IMG/VR virus record: IMGVR_UViG_3300045988_158900
Source: a virus
Strand: one strand, 5' to 3'
DNA: 11,139 nt
This document shows, one piece after another, positions 7,077 through 11,139 of this stretch. Position 1 is the first letter of the stretch. Each line of letters opens with the position of its first letter. Below the pieces are notes generated by a model. That model was not told the DNA's origin, ran no database searches, and saw only the letters and a list, made by a program, of their open reading frames with translations. The position numbers and the translations under genes are program-made.

Positions 7077-8264
7077 ATGTATTATAATTCTTATAATTAG
7101 AATTATTTTAATGAATTAAATAAAATATTCAATAAATTTGATACTAATAATATTAATGATTATTATAATTTATTAAAATTAATATATGATATATATTTTA
7201 ATGAAAATGTATTTATAATTGTTAATGATGATATAAAATATCAATTAGAATCAAATTTAAAATTACTTATTAAAAAAAATAATTGGTTTATAGATTTTGA
7301 ACAAACTGAAAAAAATATATTAATTTCATTATTTATTATAATTACTTAGAAAATTAATTTTGGAAATTATTATCAAATTAATAATACATTAAAACAATAG
7401 ATTGAATCATTATTATTAGATAAAAATTTAATTAATGAAAAAATGATTCATGATAGTAAAAATGTTTTTCATTTAGTTGATAGTTTTCCTGAAAATGAAA
7501 GTATGATTAAATTTTTTAAGCAATATAATATTGATATTATGAATTAGGAATTTTTAACTATTGGTGATACGAAAATTCCTAATTTTTATTTAAAACAAAA
7601 AAATAAAATGATAGATCATTATTATGAATTTTGCCATTTATTATTTAAAATTTATAGTCCAATCTTATATTATGGTGTTTCATTTGAAGAAGGATATGAA
7701 TATAAAATAACTAATAAAGATATTGTATTTGATTGTGGTGGAAATATGGGACTATTCGCGCTATACTGCGCTTCAAAAGGCGCGCGAGTATATTGTTTTG
7801 AGCCTATGTCTTATATTAGAGATTTTTTATATGAAAGTCAAAAATTATATCCTGATTTAATCCATATTATTCCTTGCGGAGTGTCTAATAGAAATTAGGA
7901 ACAATATTTTTCTCAAACCTATAATCCAGGAGCTGGATCGAATTCAATATTTCATGAATTAGAATATACATCTGATAGATTATATAAAGAAAAATGTAAA
8001 TTAATTACATTAGATTCATTTAGTTAGAATAATCATATTGTTCCTACATTTATTAAAGCAGATATTGAAGGGTCTGAAGCACAAATGCTTGAAGGCGCTT
8101 CACAAATTTTACAAACATATAAACCAACTATGAATATTTGTTTAAATCATCGGACGGAAGACCAATATAATATTCCTACCCTTATTTATAATATCAATTC
8201 TAATTATTCATTTTATTATTTTATTGAAGGAGAAATACATTCTAAATTTGTATTGTGTAAATAA
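7077..8264 (+). CDS. FkbM-family SAM-dependent methyltransferase (C-terminal about 220 aa) with an N/I/K/Y-rich low-complexity N-terminal extension of about 177 aa. Six in-frame TAG sense codons (7098, 7347, 7398, 7545, 7896, 8025). The methyltransferase domain could alternatively start at the ATG at 7608.
   Basis: RBS GGAGAG 8 nt before the ATG at 7077. In a stretch of about 85% AT the frame carries no TAA/TGA for 396 codons, which is very unlikely by chance. Motifs DCGGNMGLFALYCASKGARVYCFEP (FkbM DxGANxG...FEP) and FIKADIEGSEAQMLEGASQIL (FkbM IDxLKIDxEGxE). TAA stop. Confidence 0.65.
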
Positions 8265-8266
8265 AT

Positions 8267-9220
8267 ATGCCAAATATTATTTTAACAGAATATTGTAATC
8301 TTCAATGTCCTTACTGTTTTGCTAGTAAAATGATTGAAGAAAAAACAGATGATACTAAAAATATTTCTCTTGAATAGTTAGATATGATTTTAAAATGGTT
8401 ATTACCTTCAGCAACGAATTTAGATCGGATTGGATTAATTGGAGGAGAACCTACTTTACATCCTTAGTTTAGAGAGATATTAGGTAGAATAAATTCATTT
8501 AATGAATTTACAAATACTTCTTCAATAGTATTTACGAATGGAATTAATTTAAGTGAATTTTTATCTGCTATTGGACCAAATATGTCAATTTTAATTAATG
8601 TAAATGAATTGACTGGTAAATCATTAAATAAACTTAATAGTGTATTAGATGAAATTAATTATTTAAGTTGGTTTAAAATTGATAAAGTTATTTTAGGATG
8701 TAATTTATACCAAAATGAAAATGATTATTCTTATTTTTGGAATGTAGTTGATAAATATCCAGATATTTTAAGAATAAGAATGTCTATTACTGCACCCAAT
8801 AGCAAAGAATTAAGAGCAAATAAAGAATTGTATTATACTATTATGAAACCTATATTATTACAATTTTTAGAAGAAACTAAAAAACGTGATATAAAAATTT
8901 CATATGACTGTAATTAGATTCCGTTATGTTTATTAAACAATGAAGAATAGGATTTAATAAATCAATTAGGGGAATTAAATAGTTTTTGTGAGCCCGTTAT
9001 AGATATTACTCCAGATTTTAAAGCTACTTGCTGTTTTGGTGTTTATGATAATCCCATTCAATGTAATGATTTTAATAATATCGAAGAATTAACTAGATAT
9101 TTTAAAAATCAAATAGTAATAAAAACTATAAATAATAACACTTCCATGTGCAAAGATTGTAAAAAATTACAACTTGCTCAATGTCAAGGAGGATGTTTAT
9201 CATTTTCTAATGTTGGGTAA
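8267..9220 (+). CDS. Radical SAM enzyme with a C-terminal SPASM/twitch-type Cys cluster, a RiPP-maturase-like protein of 317 codons. Four in-frame TAG sense codons (8375, 8465, 8915, 8948).
   Basis: N-terminal CNLQCPYC (CX3CX2C) at residues 10-17. GLIGGEPTL glycine-rich SAM motif. C-terminal CEP...TCCFG...QCND...SMCKDCKKLQLAQCQGGC. No TAA/TGA in frame until the TAA at 9218. Start is 2 nt after the upstream stop. Confidence 0.85.
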
Positions 9221-9278
9221 GTATAAGTAATAAAGTTTTATAATTTTTTAATTCTAAAAAAGAAGGAGGAATTTTTTT

Positions 9279-9716
9279 ATGGCAAATATTACTTATGAAT
9301 TAATTTTTAAATTTACTTCTGGTAAAGAGGTAAATTTTATTGATGAAGAACATATATTTTCTATTGTAGAAGATTATCGTTCTCCAGTTCTTTTAACCCC
9401 TCAAATGTTTGGTATTGATGATTTACGTGAGTATTATGCATTATTATTAATTGATGGCAAACCTATGGAAGATTATGCATCAAATTATTGTAATTTTAAA
9501 AATTTTGGTAATTCTATTGTTGATTTGCTTAATAATGAAGATACTATTTCAGAAATTATTTTAAGAGATACTAATACTAAAGGAGAATATTTCCATATAA
9601 ACTCTGATCAATTAGTAGGTATTGAAGCCGGCGGAGGAACTGATAGAGGTTTTGATAATATAATGGTATATCGCATACAAATTTATTATAAAAAAGTTGG
9701 AAAAATAGGTGAGTAA
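9279..9716 (+). CDS. Hypothetical protein (145 aa) between the radical-SAM gene and the precursor-like gene. Possible accessory or leader-recognition partner.
   Basis: Strong RBS AAGGAGGA 8 nt upstream of the ATG. No internal stop codons. TAA stop 2 nt before the next ATG. No family recognised. Confidence 0.75.
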   Translation: MANITYELIFKFTSGKEVNFIDEEHIFSIVEDYRSPVLLTPQMFGIDDLREYYALLLIDGKPMEDYASNYCNFKNFGNSIVDLLNNEDTISEIILRDTNTKGEYFHINSDQLVGIEAGGGTDRGFDNIMVYRIQIYYKKVGKIGE

Positions 9717-9718
9717 TA

Positions 9719-10339
9719 ATGGGAGCTAATGCTACATCTGTAGGTACTTTAGTTAAATTATCTGATTTAGATGCATTATATTTACGTTTATATAATTTAA
9801 AAGTAGCCCATATTAATGATGCAGATTAGATTAATAAATCTGCTCTAACGGTTCCAGCTCAAAGTAGTGGATTGACACGAGGTAGTAAAGTAGGAGTTTC
9901 AACTGCTAAAATTGCAACATTAAAATCTGAATTGGCAAATTTAGCTCAATCAAAATGGTATCAATCTAACACAGCAAATACTGTAGTAACAATGACAGAT
10001 TTTAGTACAAATATTAAAGTACCTAATGTAGGAGATTTATTAAAAAGTGTAGATTTTAATCTAATTGAAACTGCAATCACTTCTGCAGAATAGATTATTC
10101 CTGCTTATTCCAATAAATATAATATTCGTTATAGTGGTCGTTATTATGGACATTATAGTGATTGTTATAGTGATTGTTATAGTGCTCGATATGGTACTTG
10201 TTATAGTAATTGTTATGGAGGCCGTTATAGTGCCCGATATGGCACTTGTTACAGTTGTTATGGCTGTTATGGTTGTTATCGCAGATATAGCTCAAGGTAT
10301 GGTAGATATGCTGCAAAAAATGTTCAAATTAGATGTTAA
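9719..10339 (+). CDS. Candidate RiPP precursor-like protein (206 codons). Leader domain of about 124 aa. TAG sense codons at 9827 and at the leader/core junction (10091). About 82-aa C-terminal core is a tandem [Y-(S/G)-x-(C/R)] array (9 Cys, about 20 Tyr).
   Basis: ATG with AGGTGA RBS. Core reads IIPAYSNKYNIRYSGRYYGHYSDCYSDCYSARYGTCYSNCYGGRYSARYGTCYSCYGCYGCYRRYSSRYGRYAAKNVQIRC, then TAA. The core has no internal Met, so it can only be made by reading through the TAG from the leader. Flanked on both sides by radical-SAM genes. Confidence 0.7.
10130..10279 (+). repeat. Degenerate tandem repeat with 12-nt (4-codon) periodicity, for example AGTGATTGTTAT x2, CGATATGGTACTTGTTATAG / CGATATGGCACTTGTTACAG. 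Collapses to 9-nt units (GGCTGTTAT GGTTGTTAT) near the 3' end.
   Basis: Read directly; encodes the Y-S/G-x-C/R peptide repeats. The periodicity leaves all three plus frames and some minus frames open. That explains the spurious ORFs 10065-10364 (+) and 10095-10316 (-). Confidence 0.8.
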
Positions 10340-10350
10340 AGGTGAATTAA

Positions 10351-11139
10351 ATGTTAATAAATAAATTAGATTTAATGGGATCCAGCAGCTGTGATTTAAA
10401 ATGTTCTTATTGTTATATTACAAAAAATTGTTCATTTTATAATTATGATTCCGCCGTTCAAGAAGCTTGGGAAACTGGATCTTATTTAACTACTATTAAA
10501 CAAGTTTTTTCGAAATTGGATGCAGACCCTACTCAAATAAAAGATTTAGAATTTTGGGGAGGAGAACCTACATTACATATTAAAGAAATGGCTTCTCAGG
10601 GAAAAGCATTAGGATAGTTATTTCCAGAAGTTGATTTTGTATTAATCCCAACTAATTGGTATTAGATTAATATGCAAGCCTTAGTAGATTTTATTTACAA
10701 TTTTAATGATGGTATCTCTCCTCGTGGAAGTAAATCAAAAAATGTTAATTTTCATTTACAATTATCCATTGATGGACCTCCTGGAGATTTTAATACTTAT
10801 GGTCATAAAGTACCTTGGGATACTTATAAAAAACAATTTGATGATTTTTGTTTTTATTTAAAAGAAAAAGAAAATTCTGGAAGAGAATTAAAAAATATTA
10901 ATATTATTTTCGCTATTAGTGGAACCTCTTAGCAAAAATATATTTTAAAAAATTTAAATACTTTAGATAAAATAAAAGAATTTCAAGAATATATTAAAAA
11001 AGTTTGTAAATATGTAAATGATGAACTAAAACAATTTAAAACTATAGATATATTTTTAGGAACTCCAATTTGGACTCCTACAGTAGCTATTCCAGATTCG
11101 ACAACCACGGAAGAAGCATTAGAATTAAATAAAATTGCA
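10351..11139 (+). CDS. Second radical SAM enzyme, 5' partial (continues past the window end), paralogous at its N-terminus to ORF 8267-9220. Three in-frame TAG sense codons (10615, 10663, 10930).
   Basis: RBS AAAGGTGA. CDLKCSYC (CX3CX2C) at residues 14-21. FWGGEPTL motif. Frame open to the window end with no TAA/TGA. Confidence 0.8.

Noticed and set aside
7608-7898. FkbM methyltransferase as a short gene starting at ATG 7608 and ending at 7898
   Set aside because: The 7898 end is a TAG sense codon; the FkbM C-terminal motif (FIKADIEGSE) lies beyond it. A start at 7608 remains possible as an alternative to 7077 but lacks an RBS, whereas 7077 has GGAGAG and an open frame unlikely by chance.
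9872-10093. ORF-track entry starting at TTG 9872 as an independent 73-aa gene
   Set aside because: It is the middle of the leader region of ORF 9719-10339. The upstream ATG at 9719 has an AGGTGA RBS and is separated from it only by a TAG sense codon (9827).
10130-10279. CRISPR array or suppressor tRNA gene
   Set aside because: The periodic repeat has a 12-nt period with no spacers and is coding, so it is not CRISPR. No 70-90-nt GC-rich cloverleaf-like segment was found anywhere in the window. The GC island at 2368-2410 is too short for a tRNA.
10065-10364. Plus-strand ORF (IVIVIV-rich hydrophobic 99 aa) and minus-strand ORF 10095-10316 (HNNYYNK repeats) across the precursor core
   Set aside because: Artefacts of the 12-nt periodic repeat keeping several frames open. 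10065 uses a TTG start with no RBS and overlaps the leader. The frame continuous with the RBS-supported ATG at 9719, through a TAG used as sense everywhere else in the operon, is preferred.

Overview
The window contains two all-plus-strand gene modules that look like part of a phage or other mobile genome. Module 1 (1-6300, roughly 40-45% GC in the large ORFs) uses the standard code with no internal stop codons. It holds five solid ORFs plus one weak 99-aa ORF, several near-consensus sigma70-type promoters (TTGACA-17-TATAAT), a conserved AT-rich promoter/5'UTR cassette, and two hairpin+T-run terminators. Its proteins include an E/K/A-rich small protein, a clan-MH (M42/M20-like) metallopeptidase domain, and a paralogous pair sharing an unrecognised HPLD...SC...WNSKKWRC...YPY core. 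Four of the large proteins end in multi-CxxC zinc-ribbon tails. Module 2 (6300-11139, much more AT-rich) is one tight operon in which TAG is read as a sense codon. There are 16 in-frame TAGs across five CDSs (none in ORF 9279-9716), every complete gene stops at TAA, and no TAA or TGA interrupts the frames. The operon encodes an HNH-like nuclease and an FkbM-family methyltransferase with a long low-complexity N-terminal extension. It then encodes a radical-SAM/SPASM enzyme (CX3CX2C, GGEPTL), a 145-aa unknown, and a long-leader peptide whose about 80-aa C-terminus is a tandem [Y-(S/G)-x-(C/R)]n array encoded by 12-nt periodic DNA. A second radical-SAM gene follows and runs off the window. I read this as a candidate, apparently undescribed, RiPP-like maturation system embedded in an amber-recoded module. 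Family assignments rest on motifs I can read by eye; no database searches were run.
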